A stretch of DNA of 64,000 bases from Longimicrobiales bacterium (lineage in GTDB: Bacteria; Gemmatimonadota; Gemmatimonadetes; Longimicrobiales; Gaopeijiaceae), in NCBI GenBank assembly GCA_965198065.1, contig CBDAON010000004.1:416001-480000 (forward strand), read 5' to 3'. Positions 20,661 to 31,795 of this stretch are shown here, one piece after another. Below the pieces are notes generated by a model. The model was not told the origin of the DNA and ran no database searches. It saw only the letters and a list, made by a program, of their open reading frames with translations. The translations under genes were made by a program, and so were the position numbers. Within the stretch, counting starts at the first letter, position 1; each line of letters opens with the position of its first letter.

Positions 20661-22424
20661 CTATAGCGACGGGGGCAGATAGATGCGCCCCGGCTGATCG
20701 GCGGAGGTGTCCGCGGGGGGCGGCAGCCCCCGCTCCTCCCACGTGAGCATGATCCGGAATTGCGGGGTGAACTCCCCCACGAGCGGCCGTTGAATCGCAG
20801 GGTTCGTGTAGTGGCTCGTTCGCCAGAAGCCGAAGAAATCGAAGTCGAGTCCCCACGCTCCCAGGGGGGAGGGTAGGAGCTTCAGCCGGGCTCCGAGGGC
20901 ATGGACGTCGTGCCAGGAGTCCCAGTAGTCATCGTTCGATCCGCTCAGGGTGAAAAGGCGGTGGTACTGGTAGCTCAGGTCCAGGAGCCTCCGATGCGCT
21001 CCCTGGTCCCTCACGAGGGCCACTCCGAGCTTCCCCCGCACCCCGGGGCCCATGGTGAAATCGTATTCCCTCTCGCGCTCTTGATACCCGACGATCCCCG
21101 CCCTGTGCGCTTCCTCGGACTCGACGGCCGCGAGGACGGCCATGTCACCCCCGAGCTGGCTTCGCCAAAGGAATCCCCCCCGCTGGAAGCTCGAAAAGAG
21201 GGAAAGCCCCACGCTCTGCGCGCCGAAGCGAAACGCTTGGTTATGGAAGTAGTCGAGGTTGTGCACGACGAGGAGCTTGTGCACGCTCGGTTCCTGAGAC
21301 GTGTCCTCGGGCTGCACGGACGGCGTGTCGCCGTCCGTGGCGGCCGGTCCATCCACGTCCCAGAAGTAGAGGCTCCCCTCGATCTGCGCGCGTCCCACCA
21401 AGGGACCCTGGCCCCCCAGGTTGATCTCCGATGCCACCGAGAACAGCGCGAAGGGCTTGTGCTTGATCGTGTCGTCTAGCGCGAGAAGGTTACCCCACCG
21501 CCACCCCATTTCTAGGAAGACCCCCTTCTGCCGATCCTCCTCCTTCCCCTGCGATCGCCATCCCACCGCGGCGATGAGATCCGACTGCGTGGGCTGTTCC
21601 TCGTCGAGCTTCGGGCCCCGAGTGACGTTGATGGGCGTGAGGTGGCGGGTGAGGAGCCGATCGAAGAGCCGCGGGGGGTTCAGGATCCCGGCGGTAAGCT
21701 CCCTCCAAAGGCGGTCGAACCCGGTCGCCGTGTCGTCCAGAATCCACGACGAGGTCCGATAGGTGATCTCACCCAGCGCCGCCCCCCCCATCGTCGTGGT
21801 GATGAGGTCGTTCGTGGACATGAGCTGGCTCTCCCCACAACACTCCCAGGCCAGGCTGCCCAGGAACGTGTAGAAGACCGCCGACTCCCAGAACCGGAGG
21901 CCGCCCGCCCAGAAGGGAAATCCGTGATTGCGGAACGAGTTGTAGAACGCCGCACCGTGGTAAGGGTGAGCGATCTGGTTGTACATGAACGTGTTGTCAT
22001 CCCACTGAAATCCGGCCTCGATGTTGCTCCACCAGATCCGCGGGCTCGTCTGGGTGATGCGCGGGATCTTATTGGGGTTGAGCTCGTTGGTGACCCAAAC
22101 CGCGAAGCTCGACATCGTCCACCAGAACGACGCCCTCGCGAAGCCCCGGCGTGCGCCCCAGTAGGTGGAATCGCTCTCCTGTTGCAGTGACCTCCCTCCC
22201 AGGGCCAGGTCCGAGGGGCCCAGGAGGCTGCTGGCGAAAGCGGCTCTGTCGGGCGAATCCGCAAGGAACCGCGGGGTCGATCTCCGGAGTGCACGAGTGG
22301 GCACACCGCCCAGGAACATCCGCGCGGAGTCGGGCGCCCGTGGGGCAGCGATTTCGTCCCGGAGCTGGGCACCGGCGAGCGCAAGAAGGGCGCGAGTCGA
22401 CCTACGGGTACCAGAAGGCGCCAA
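20661..22424 (-). CDS. DUF3943-containing outer-membrane protein (true N-terminus uncertain)
   Basis: FQWDDNTFMYNQIAHPYHGAAFYNSFR...SLAWE..GE..MSTNDLITTTMGG.ALGE...RE...ILNP, followed by beta-strand-rich sequence. Confidence 0.75.
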   Translation of the reverse strand: MAPSGTRRSTRALLALAGAQLRDEIAAPRAPDSARMFLGGVPTRALRRSTPRFLADSPDRAAFASSLLGPSDLALGGRSLQQESDSTYWGARRGFARASFWWTMSSFAVWVTNELNPNKIPRITQTSPRIWWSNIEAGFQWDDNTFMYNQIAHPYHGAAFYNSFRNHGFPFWAGGLRFWESAVFYTFLGSLAWECCGESQLMSTNDLITTTMGGAALGEITYRTSSWILDDTATGFDRLWRELTAGILNPPRLFDRLLTRHLTPINVTRGPKLDEEQPTQSDLIAAVGWRSQGKEEDRQKGVFLEMGWRWGNLLALDDTIKHKPFALFSVASEINLGGQGPLVGRAQIEGSLYFWDVDGPAATDGDTPSVQPEDTSQEPSVHKLLVVHNLDYFHNQAFRFGAQSVGLSLFSSFQRGGFLWRSQLGGDMAVLAAVESEEAHRAGIVGYQEREREYDFTMGPGVRGKLGVALVRDQGAHRRLLDLSYQYHRLFTLSGSNDDYWDSWHDVHALGARLKLLPSPLGAWGLDFDFFGFWRTSHYTNPAIQRPLVGEFTPQFRIMLTWEERGLPPPADTSADQPGRIYLPPSL

Positions 22425-22986
22425 GATACAACCCCCGGGTGCTGGCCGAATTCACGGGTGGAGCCCCATCGAAGAGCTCCAGCGGCCAGGTTTGGAAGAT
22501 CCCGAAGTGGAACGAAGCGGTCCAGTTGAATCCCTGAAACCAGCCCCGGGGAAGCGGGCCCTCGAGCCCCCAGACGGACTCCACCCCCACACCGTCCGCC
22601 CGGAGCACCTGGTCTTCGACCGTCCTCTCTCCCTCCTCCGGCACGGGGCCCGCCTGCCCGACGTCCTCGGCCTTCTCGGACCGCAGGCGGACCAGGGCGA
22701 CCCGCTGCTCGGAGTAGGCCCGGATCCCCCGTCCGATCTCCCACGGGAAGCCGATCGCGACGTGGCCCCTCGCGCTGCTCAGGGTTCGGCCCGCCTAGAA
22801 CGGGTCCGAGAGGGCGTAGGAGACCCACCCGAACCCCGCCCCGAGGCGGATGCGGTTGATCCGATTCTCGTAACCGTAGACGGTGAACTCAGCCCTGGTA
22901 TGCCCGCTGAGAAGCGCACCGTACTCGCCGGATATGTCCGGCCAGGAGAAGCGCACCCGCCCAAGTGATCAGAGCCCTGCGCCTCA
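22402..22986 (-). pseudogene. Degraded small outer-membrane beta-barrel gene
   Basis: Pieced across frames: signal-like VRRRALITWAGALLLAG, then RIRLGAGFGWVSY, then VAIGFPWEIGRGIRAYSEQRVALVRL...GLYLGAFWYP*; several frameshifts and stops. Confidence 0.45.
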
Positions 22987-23116
22987 CAGGCTCACTCCCT
23001 CGTCGCACACTCCTCGCCCTCCCGACCACAGGACAGATTTCGCCGAACTGTGCTCGGCGATGGAGCGAACGGGCCTAATATGCCGTTATCTGCGCCGCGT
23101 GGGCCAGCCCTCTGGG

Positions 23117-25325
23117 CTAGTCCAGGAGCGCGGCGAAGCCAGGCTCGCCCCGAAGGGGCGCGACCAACGGTTCAACCCCCAGAAGCATGATCGCCTGTGA
23201 ACGCGCTTCCTTGGCCCTCAGCAGGCACTCGATCGCGCGGCCGTACTCTTCTGTTCCGAGGTACACGATCGCCAAGTACTCGTCGGGCACGTAGTGTCGC
23301 AGGCGCGCTTTTTTCAGAGCCACGGCCACCCGCCTCGCGTCCTCCAACCGCCCCGCCCTGGCGAGCGCGTGCCCCCTCAGGGCCTCGAGCATGAACATCT
23401 GATCGCCCACCCTCGACCGCACCTCGTCCAGGACGGCGAGGCCTTCCAGAGGTTGCCCGCACTGGACCTCGCACAGCGCGAGACCCAGGAAGGCCGGCAG
23501 AAACTGCTCCTTCGAGATCTCGATCGAGTGCCGGAACTGCTCGGCCGCCCGCTCGGGCTCCCCGAGGAAGCGGTAGATCCTGGCCAGGTTCCCGGCGAGG
23601 AAAGGCGCCCACGGGTCGAGCTCGAGGGCCAGGGCGGCTTGGCTGAGCGCCTCGTCCTCGCGGCCATCGATCACGAGAAGGGTGGAGTACCACTGTCGGG
23701 CGGGCGAGTAGGTGGACTCCAGCTCGATCGCCGTTCGAAACGCCTCCTCGGCCCCGGCGAAGTCTTGCTCATAGGACATGAGGGCGTTCCCGAGGGCCGC
23801 GTGCCCCTGCGCCAGATCGGGGTCCAGCTCCAGCGAGGTGCGGGCGGCCTCGAGCACCTTCGGATAGGCCTCGTCGGGAGGCATCACCCCGTAATCGAAG
23901 GCCCCCAGGAGGTTGTACGCATCCGAAATCGCGGCATGGGCCCGAGCGTAACGGGGATCCAGTCGGACGCACTCACCGAAGGTCTCGAGAGCTCCCTGGA
24001 GACCGTGGACCGTACGGCCGAACCAGGCGTGTCGCCCCTTCAGGTAGGCCACATACGCGGCCGGATCCGTCTGTGGCTCCAGCGTCACGGAGCGCCGCCC
24101 GGAAGGCGGGGGGGGCTTCTCCTCGGAGCGGGGTTTCTCCTGCGGCGGGACGGCCGACGGAACGCGGGTCCTCAGGGCATCGAGCACACAGGTGGCCACG
24201 TTCTCGTCCAGCTCGAAAGCGTCGCTCGTTTCCAGGGATCCGTTGAATTGATCCTGCCAGACGGGGGTCTCCAGCCGCGTGTCCAGGAGGCACACGGTCA
24301 CCCGGTAGCGGCTCCCCTTGAACTTCGCACTCCCTTCCACGAGGTGCGTGACCCCGAGCCGCTGCGCCACCTCCCCCACCTTCACGCCGGCCTCGCTCAG
24401 GGCGAACGCGGTCGTGCGCGGGGTGACTCGGAGGCCCTCGGCCGTTCCTAGGACGCTGATTATCTCTTCCGCAACGCCCTCGCAAAAGTACGCCTTCGAG
24501 CGGTCCTGGGAGAGGTCAAGTAAGGGGAGGACCGCGACCCCCTGATCCGCCCTCAGGACGCTCGCCTCACGGAACTCGTCCTCCCCATTCACCGGGACAC
24601 TGCCGTGCCCCTCCCTGAGCGCCTGCACCAGGGCTTTCGTGTCCTCCCGCGGCTCCGCATCGAGCTCGGCGGCCTCGAGGCGCCGACAGTAGGTCTCGTA
24701 GTGGTGGATCGCGCGGATCCGCAATACCCCTCTCGGCGAGCCGCTCTATGAGCTGGTGATTCGGCTCGTCCTCGAGCGGATCGGCAAGAGCCCAGCACCA
24801 GGCCGCCGCCAGGGCCGCATCGCCCTCCGAGCTGGCCGCGAGCCTGGACAGGTGGATCCTCTGCGCGTCGCGGTAGAGGCCATCCAGGGCGTACCGCTTC
24901 GTCTCCACCCACTCGTCGAATTGCCGGGGGAGGTCCTGAAGGTGGACCGTGTCCAGGAAGGGTCCCGAGTAGAGCGCGTCGGCGTCCTCGAACCGGCCCT
25001 GGGCGACCGCCTCCTCGAATTCCCGGGTGTCGGCCCGGAGGCGGTCCGTCGCGACGAGCCTGAGCGGCGGCCGGTCGATCGGGTCTCGCCCGATGTCCCT
25101 GGTGAGGACCCTGAGGGTCTCGCTGAGGTTGTGGAGCGCGCGTTTGGGATCGTACTCGGGCCAGATCAACGCCGCTGCGCGTTCCCGGGTTACGTCCCGC
25201 TAGACCGCTACGAGGGTGAGGAGCGCGCACCGCACCGGTTGCTCGGGCAGCTTGAGCTCCTGGACCTCGCCGGAGTCATCCCGCCATGCGCGGATTCCGC
25301 CCAGGGCCTTGAGGCGAATGGCCAT
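23117..25325 (-). pseudogene. SARP/BTAD transcriptional regulator with TolB-like and TPR sensor domains, interrupted
   Basis: MAIRLKALGG...ALLTLVAV*RDVTRE..ALIWPE...LYSGPFL..FDEWVE...ADPLEDE (BTAD); VAVLPL..YFCEGVAEEII..LRV (TolB-like); TPRs. TAG at 25200-25202 and frameshift near 24727. Confidence 0.8.
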
Positions 25326-25472
25326 CCAACCCCCAGCGTCCGGAGCCCTCTCCTGCGGAAGCAAGCTACTCCAGGGCCTCGTGGACGGGCAAGCAGCGAC
25401 CGGGAGGAAGGCCAACAGTGCCCCGGCCGAACGGGCTGTTCGGAGAAGAAGGAGCGGCCCGGGCCGCTGGGA

Positions 25473-26342
25473 CTACTGCTCCCCACCCAGCTCCGAGTAT
25501 ACGGCGCTGAGGAAGCGTCCCGGGTCGCCCCACTTCGCCTCGTACTGAGCCGCTGGGCGAGCCGCCTCGACCTGATCGTACGTCATGCCCCGCTCCACCA
25601 TCTCGGCCACACGGTCCCGCACGTCCAGGATCATGTCCCTGAACTCGATTACGTCCTCCCGGGTGGAGACCACCCCGTGCCCAGGGACGAGCAGCGTCTC
25701 GGGGGTCGACAGCCCGATCGCGACGGCGAGGGCCTCGATCGTGCCCTGGAGGGTGCCCCCGTTGTTGAGATCGATGATGGGGAAGGCAACCGTGCGGAAG
25801 AAGTCTCCCACGAAGATCACGTCGGACCCGCGGAAGTGGATGAAGCTGTCCCCGTCCGTATGCGCCGGCGGCACGGCGAAGATCGACGCCTCCTCCCCGT
25901 TCAGGTGGAGGGTCATGTCTCCGTCGTACGTGAGTACGGGGAGCGCGAGGGAGGGCCGCTGCCCCACCATACGGACGCGGACCTCGTCCCGCGCCAGGAT
26001 CGTCACGCCCATCCTACCGAAGTTCTCGTTCCCGCCGATGTGATCTCCGTGGACGTGCGTGTTGATCAGGAAGCGGATCTCACCCGAGGAGAGCTGCCGA
26101 ATGGCCGTTACGATCCGCTCCGTGAGCGGGGCGAACTGGTCGTCGATCATCACGACCCCGTCCTCTCCGATCGAGAGGCCGATGTTGCCGCCCTGTCCCT
26201 CGAGGTAGTAGATGCCTCCCCGGATCTGGTGCGCGACGATCTGGACGTTGTCCATGTTCTGCTGAGCCCACGCCTCGGGCGTGGAGAAGATCGCGAACGC
26301 TCCGAGAAGCGGAATCAGGCGGTGCAGCGGTAGGCTCCTCAT
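25473..26342 (-). CDS. Secreted MBL-fold metallo-hydrolase (cyclase-like)
   Basis: GGNIG..GEDG..MIDDQF, INTHVHGDHIGGN, AHTDGD, GD, VPGHG; signal peptide. Confidence 0.9.
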   Translation of the reverse strand: MRSLPLHRLIPLLGAFAIFSTPEAWAQQNMDNVQIVAHQIRGGIYYLEGQGGNIGLSIGEDGVVMIDDQFAPLTERIVTAIRQLSSGEIRFLINTHVHGDHIGGNENFGRMGVTILARDEVRVRMVGQRPSLALPVLTYDGDMTLHLNGEEASIFAVPPAHTDGDSFIHFRGSDVIFVGDFFRTVAFPIIDLNNGGTLQGTIEALAVAIGLSTPETLLVPGHGVVSTREDVIEFRDMILDVRDRVAEMVERGMTYDQVEAARPAAQYEAKWGDPGRFLSAVYSELGGEQ

Positions 26343-26637
26343 CTTGATCCTCCGTGCTCGGGAAACCCGGACGCGTCGGCAACCCTGTCGGCGATCGACC
26401 TGTACCCTGGGGGTGCTCCTCCGTAATACCTCATGATACGTCGCATCCCGCATGCGTGCGACCTTCCGGAGCCGATGAGCCCATCTAGCAGCGTCGGCCC
26501 TTGCAAGACTCCTACTTGACGCCTCATCGCTCGCTTGCCGGTCCAAAGATGCTCCGGTAGCTTCTCTTTCCCCTCGAAGTAGGCGCTGGACCCCTGCCCC
26601 CGAGACGTCGATCCATGATCGCGTCACTCGCTCATGA

Positions 26638-27000
<363 letters not shown>

Positions 27001-27003
27001 TCG

Positions 27004-27394
27004 TTACGGGCGGCTTCCCATCTGACTTCTGACCCACGTCAGGTTCGTCGCGAGCTCGTCACCGGGCCGGTACCGGAGGACTCTCTCGAACGCCGGGATC
27101 GAGGTCTCGAAGAGGCCGAGGCTGGCCAGGGACCATCCGAGGTTGTGATAGGCGTCGGCGGACGCGGTGTCGAGCTGGAGGACCCTTCTATAAAGCAGCG
27201 CCGCCTCGAGGTGCTCGCCCCGGTTCATGTAGCCGACGCCCAGGTTGTAGTACCCGATGGGAGTGCGGTCCTCAGGTTGGCTCGGGATGGGCACCTCTCC
27301 CACCGCGTACGCGCCCGCCACCGAATCGGCAGGTGAGCCGGCCAGCGTTCCGCTCACAACGCGTTCCAGCTCCGCCGCACGTTGGCTAATGAAA
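27004..27394 (-). pseudogene. C-terminal TPR fragment truncated by IS1595
   Basis: YYNLGVGY...AALLYRRVLQLD...AYHNLGWSL...FERVLRYRP; the upstream part runs into AT-richer IS sequence. Confidence 0.65.
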
Positions 27395-27430
27395 TCGCGC
27401 TTGTATACTTTACAAAGTAACCCCATGGCC

Positions 27431-27607
27431 TTAACTTGGTTCTATGAGACCCGCATCACCTTTCGTTTCAACGCTTTTCGACTCTTTGGCAAGCTCCGCG
27501 TCAACGGCTTTCATGACGCGCTTGCCGACGATCTTCTCCAAGAATTCGTGGTCGGGAAGCTCCAAGGCGTTGCGCGGTAACTTCCGTTTCTTGGGAGTCT
27601 GAGCCAT
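27431..27607 (-). CDS. 58-aa hypothetical protein divergent from the IS1595 transposase
   Basis: My translation: MAQTPKKRKLPRNALELPDHEFLEKIVGKRVMKAVDAELAKESKSVETKGDAGLIEPS*. Its ATG overlaps the transposase ATG. Confidence 0.45.
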   Translation of the reverse strand: MAQTPKKRKLPRNALELPDHEFLEKIVGKRVMKAVDAELAKESKSVETKGDAGLIEPS

Positions 27608-28496
27608 GGCTATGAACCTCGTAGAGTTGGTCGACCGCTATAACAGCGACGATACGTGCCGCGCTGCCTTGGAGCGCCTCCGCTGGCCCGCTGGCGTTGC
27701 CTGCCTCCGGTGCGGCGACATGGACGTGAACGACCTCGGGAAGCACAATCGTTGGGAGTGCCGTTCATGCCGCTACCAGTTCAGCGTCACGTCGGGCACC
27801 ATCATGCACGATTCCCACCTTCCGCTCCGCAAGTGGTTCATCGCCATCTACCTCATGTGCGAGTCCAAGAAGGGCATGAGCGCCAACCAGCTCAAGCGCA
27901 TCCTGGGCGTCTCCTACAAGACCGCTTGGTATCTCTGTCACCGCATCCGCGAAGCGATGGGCAACGACCCGCTGACCGGACCCATCTTGGTCGGGATCGT
28001 TGAAGTGGACGAAACCCTGATCGGCGGCAAGACCAAGGGCAGGGGCCGTGCCTACAAGGGCAACAAGACTTGGGTCGCGGGGGCCGTCCAGCGCGGCGGG
28101 AATGTCCGAATCGAGCGCATCCCCGACGTGACGCGGCGTACCCTCCATGACTTCATCGGCCGCGCCGTGAGAGACGAGGCCGAAGCCATCTACACGGATG
28201 ACCTCAAGTCCTACCTGGGCATCGGAGACGATGACACGCGCCATGAGACGGTGCGTCACTCCGCTGAGGAATGGGTCGTTGGCGACGTTCACACCAACAG
28301 CATCGAAGGCATGTGGAGCCTCTTCAAACGTTCCATCGTCGGGGCCTTCCACAAGATGAGCGTCAAGCATATGGACCGTTACCTGGAAGAGCTTGAGTGG
28401 CGGTTCAACAACCGCAACAACCCCCACATCTTCCGCGACACGCTAGCCCGGATCATGCACACCGACAACCTCACTTATCGGGAGCTGGTGGCCTAG
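27606..28496 (+). CDS. IS1595-family DDE transposase
   Basis: Zn ribbon RWP..VAC.RCG...WECRSCRYQFS..GTI, VEVDET, IYTDD, HTNSIEG.WS..KR...YL.E..WRFN. Confidence 0.95.
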   Translation: MAMNLVELVDRYNSDDTCRAALERLRWPAGVACLRCGDMDVNDLGKHNRWECRSCRYQFSVTSGTIMHDSHLPLRKWFIAIYLMCESKKGMSANQLKRILGVSYKTAWYLCHRIREAMGNDPLTGPILVGIVEVDETLIGGKTKGRGRAYKGNKTWVAGAVQRGGNVRIERIPDVTRRTLHDFIGRAVRDEAEAIYTDDLKSYLGIGDDDTRHETVRHSAEEWVVGDVHTNSIEGMWSLFKRSIVGAFHKMSVKHMDRYLEELEWRFNNRNNPHIFRDTLARIMHTDNLTYRELVA

Positions 28497-28526
28497 ATAT
28501 TCCTACCTTGATTTGTGTTTCCATGA

Positions 28527-28827
28527 TCAATCATCATCACTGCCTTTTTCAGGTAAAATGATGATTGTAACATCATCTTCCACGTCTGATTGTTTAGGCT
28601 TGTCGTAGATCTTCTCTCCGTTCAAGAGGTTGAATGTCCGCATAAGAAAGCATAAGTGCCCAGCGCGCTCATCATTAGAGAAGAGCACAATGCGACTGTC
28701 TGGACACGGGTTGTCTCTCACGGCATCTCCACTCAAGAGTATTTGGTCGGGCTTCTTAACTCTCCACGATATTCCAAATAGCTCCGTGATCTGCTTGGCT
28801 AGATGACAGTCATCAAGGGCGACAAAC
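28527..28827 (-). pseudogene. Lower-GC passenger gene fragment truncated by the IS3 end
   Basis: The first nine codons of ORF 28527-28853 lie inside the IS3 end; the remainder is AT-richer and has no recognised motif. Confidence 0.45.
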
Positions 28828-30035
28828 TGACCTGCCCCGAAGAGCGGTACCACAACCTATGTTAGTCCCAGCACCTGTGGAGGGCGGTGAAGGACGGGCA
28901 TCCTCAGGAACCAGGGCGACGGCTTAATCGCCTCAGGGGCCGGGGGAAAGCCGCCGCAGGCGCTGTGGGGTCGGACGGTATCGTACTCGCGCCTCCATTG
29001 CTCGACCAGCACGGCCGCCTCCGCCAACGAGCAGAAGATCTCCCCGTTCAACAGCTCGTCCCTGAGCTTGCCGTTGAAGCTCTCGTTGTAGCCGTTCTCC
29101 CACGGGCTGCCCGGCTCGATAAAGAGCGTCTCGACGCCCACGCGCCCCAACCACCGCCGCACGGGCTTCGCGGTGAACTCCGGTCCGTTGTCCGACCTCA
29201 GATACTCGGGAGGGCCCGTGTCGGACGAACAGATCGTCCAGCACCTCGAGCACGTCGTGCGAGCGGATCTTGCGAGCCACCACGATCGCCAGGCACTCCC
29301 TCGTGTGCTCGTCCAGCACTGTCAGCAGCTTCAGCGCACGCCCGTCGTGCGTCCTCGAGGCCACGAAGTCGTACGACCAGACGTGGCCCCGATACAGCGG
29401 CCTCAGCCGGATGCACGATCCGTCGTTGAGCCACAGCCGACCTCGCTTCGGCTGCCGCTCCGGGACCTTCAGCCCCTCCTGCCTCCAGATCCGCTCCACC
29501 CGCTTGTGCTTCACCCCCCAGCCCTCGATGCGGAGCGTGTCCGTGACGCGTCGCTAGCCGTAGCGGCCGAATCGACTCGCGAGTCGCACGATATCACCTC
29601 GGAGCGCCCCCTCGTCACTCGCCACTCTCCTCGCCCCGCGCTGGGTCGTGCGTGGCTGCCCGAGCACCCGGCACGCTCTCCTCTCCGACGCCCCGAGCTG
29701 CTGACGTACACGCACCACACAACGTCGTCGGCCCTCGGGGCTCAGAAGTTTCCCTTGGCCGCTTCCTCCACGATCAGCTTGTCCAGTGTCAAGTCCGCCA
29801 CTGCTCGCTTCAGGCGCCCGTTCTCGCGCTCGAGCTCCTTCAGGCGCCGTGCCTGGCTCACCTTCATCCCGCCGTACTCCCGCCTCCACCGGTAGTACGT
29901 CTGCTCGGTGATGCCGAGCTCCCCCCTGATCAGCTTCACGGATTTGCCGCCGGCCAGACCGACCTCTGCCTCCCTGACGTGACACCCGGAAGCTGAGCCA
30001 GCTATTCTCTGACTCCTCGGAGTAAGTGAGGAGTC

Positions 30036-30302
30036 ATGAGGAAGAGTAGGTTCACGGAAGAGCAGATCATCGGGATCCTACGGGAGGCGGAGGCGGGCGG
30101 AGCGACGAAAGAGGTATGCCGACGCCACGGGATCAGCCACGACACGTTCTATCGGTGGAAGAAGAAGTACGGGGGCCTTGAGGTCAGTGACGCGAGGCGG
30201 TTGAAGGCACTTGAGGACGAGAACCGACGGCTCAAGCGCATCGTGGCCGACCAGGCGCTGAACCTTCAGGTGCTGAAGGACCTGCTGGGAAACGAGTTGT
30301 GA
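30036..30302 (+). CDS. IS407-group transposase OrfA
   Basis: MRKSRFTEEQIIGILRE...CRRHGIS..TFYRWKKKYGG..RLKALEDENRRLK. Confidence 0.93.
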   Translation: MRKSRFTEEQIIGILREAEAGGATKEVCRRHGISHDTFYRWKKKYGGLEVSDARRLKALEDENRRLKRIVADQALNLQVLKDLLGNEL

Positions 30303-31144
30303 CGGCCGGGGAGCGGCGCCAGGTCGTCCGGAGGGTGCAAGCCGCCGAGAAGGCCTCGGAGCGTCGAGTGGTCCGTTGGACAGGCTTCCCGCGTTCAACG
30401 ATCCGGTACCGAAGCGAGCGCCCAGCTCAGGAGGGGTTACGTGCGAGGATCCGGGAGCTCGCGGGCGAGCGGCCTCGCTGGGGCTACCGACGCATCCACG
30501 TGCTTCTGCGCCGCGAGGGATGGCTGGTGAACCGGAAGCGGATCCACCGGCTCTACCGCGAGGAAGGGCTCGCGGTGCGGCGAAAGGGTCGGAGACGACG
30601 GAGCCAGGTACCACGACCGGTGCGTGACCCACTCGGCCATCCGAACGAGCGGTGGAGCGTGGACTTCATCATGGACACGCTGAGTACGGGCCGAGTGTTC
30701 CGGTGCCTCGCGGTGATCGACGAGTTCAGCCGCGAGTGCCTGGCACTCCACGTCGCTCACTCGATCCCTGCGGCGAGCGTGATCGAGGTGCTCGAGAGAC
30801 TTCGGGAGGAACGCGGCTTGCCGGAGCGCGTGATCTGCGACAACGGCTCCGAGTTCACGAGCCGTGCCTTCGACGCCTGGGCCTACTCCCGGGACCTCAA
30901 GATAGAATACATACAGCCGGGCAAGCCGATTCAGAACTGCTTCGTCGAGAGCTTCCTCGGGAGCTTCAGGGACGAGTGCCTGAACCTCCACTGGTTCCTC
31001 TCCCTACGGGATGCGAGGCACACGATCGAACGCTGGAGGCAGGACTACAATCGCGTCCGACCCCACAGCGCCCTGGGCGATCTCCCACCTGCGGACTTCG
31101 CCCTCAACCACCACATGGAGTCAGGGAATAAACGGATCAACTAA
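30299..31144 (+). CDS. IS407-group transposase OrfB (DDE integrase core)
   Basis: WGYRR, WSVDF, DEFSRE, DNGSEF, PGKP.QN..VESF..FRDECLN, YN..RPHSALG. Confidence 0.93.
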   Translation: MTAGERRQVVRRVQAAEKASERRVVRWTGFPRSTIRYRSERPAQEGLRARIRELAGERPRWGYRRIHVLLRREGWLVNRKRIHRLYREEGLAVRRKGRRRRSQVPRPVRDPLGHPNERWSVDFIMDTLSTGRVFRCLAVIDEFSRECLALHVAHSIPAASVIEVLERLREERGLPERVICDNGSEFTSRAFDAWAYSRDLKIEYIQPGKPIQNCFVESFLGSFRDECLNLHWFLSLRDARHTIERWRQDYNRVRPHSALGDLPPADFALNHHMESGNKRIN

Positions 31145-31434
31145 GGGTGTCACGTCATCCCGCACTGCAGTGATGATCTGCTCCGGAGTGTGTCGCTTCC
31201 TTCCCATCCTGACCTCCTCGCTGAAAAGCTTCGGACCAGGTCGATCCTAACATTGCACCTGGTCTCGTTTCAGCGGGTCAGGTCAGTCTGACTCCGGCCT
31301 TTTGTGGGCCCGTATGCTCCGGTTGGGTGACACCGTCCGCCGAATTCCCTTTCGGCGGACGGATGTGTTGAGAATAGCAGGGAAACTCGGCCCACCCATA
31401 CTTTGCGGCCAAATGGGGTCTTACAATCGTCGAG

Positions 31435-31795
31435 GTGGATACCGCGTCCGCGATCGGACGGCGTGCGTCGATGCGTAGCCTGGAGAAAGGCCCGGAAGCG
31501 GCGACCTCCCGCGTTGCCCTCCTGCTCTCGCTCATTGCTTTGGTGGTTCCTGTCGTCGGATCCGCCGTGGTTCCGGACCTCGTGGCCGGCGACGCAGGGC
31601 TTCTCCTCTGGATCCTGCCGATCGCGCCCGCCTTCGTCCTGTCGTACCACCACGGCTGGAAGGGCGCGTCGGTGGCCCTCGCCGCAGGCATGGCGGCGCT
31701 AGCCGTGACGCATGCGATCCTCACCTCGTCGGGAAGGGCAGTCCCTCCTACCGGGATCACACTCGCGCTCGTGGGCGTCCTACTCATGGTCGCGC
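31435..31795 (+). pseudogene. N-terminal membrane fragment of a probable sensor protein
   Basis: Four TM segments (LLWILPIAPAFVLSYHHGWKGASVALAAGMAAL), after which the ORF runs into the antisense of the neighbouring gene. Confidence 0.5.

Larger units (their letters stand above)
27395..28827 (+). mobile_element. IS1595-family element with passenger DNA; right end lost
   Basis: AT-rich left boundary (CTTGTATACTTTACAAAG), intact transposase, then lower-GC passenger cut by IS3. Left boundary approximate. Confidence 0.65.
29975..31157 (+). mobile_element. Intact IS3-family, IS407-group element nested in the orfA of the IS3 above
   Basis: Perfect 13-bp TIR TGACGTGACACCC; 4-bp TSD TCCC (29971-29974 and 31158-31161). 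The uninterrupted target is visible in the sibling copy near 35030-35050. Confidence 0.95.
28828..31285 (-). mobile_element. IS3-family element (orfA/orfB), interrupted by a nested IS and by frameshifts/stop
   Basis: Ends TGACCTGACCCG (31285, minus strand) and TGACCTGCCCCG (28828); orfA ..LIVEEAAKGNF with A AGG GAA AC slippery-type end; orfB WSYDF...DNG.EF...PGSPWENGYNESFNG; TAG at 29554. No TSD. Confidence 0.92.

Noticed and set aside
25473..26342. Metallo-beta-lactamase resistance gene
   Set aside because: The HxHxDH fold is generic; the GGNIG/IDDQF/AHTDGD pattern fits the widespread cyclase-like group, so resistance cannot be claimed.
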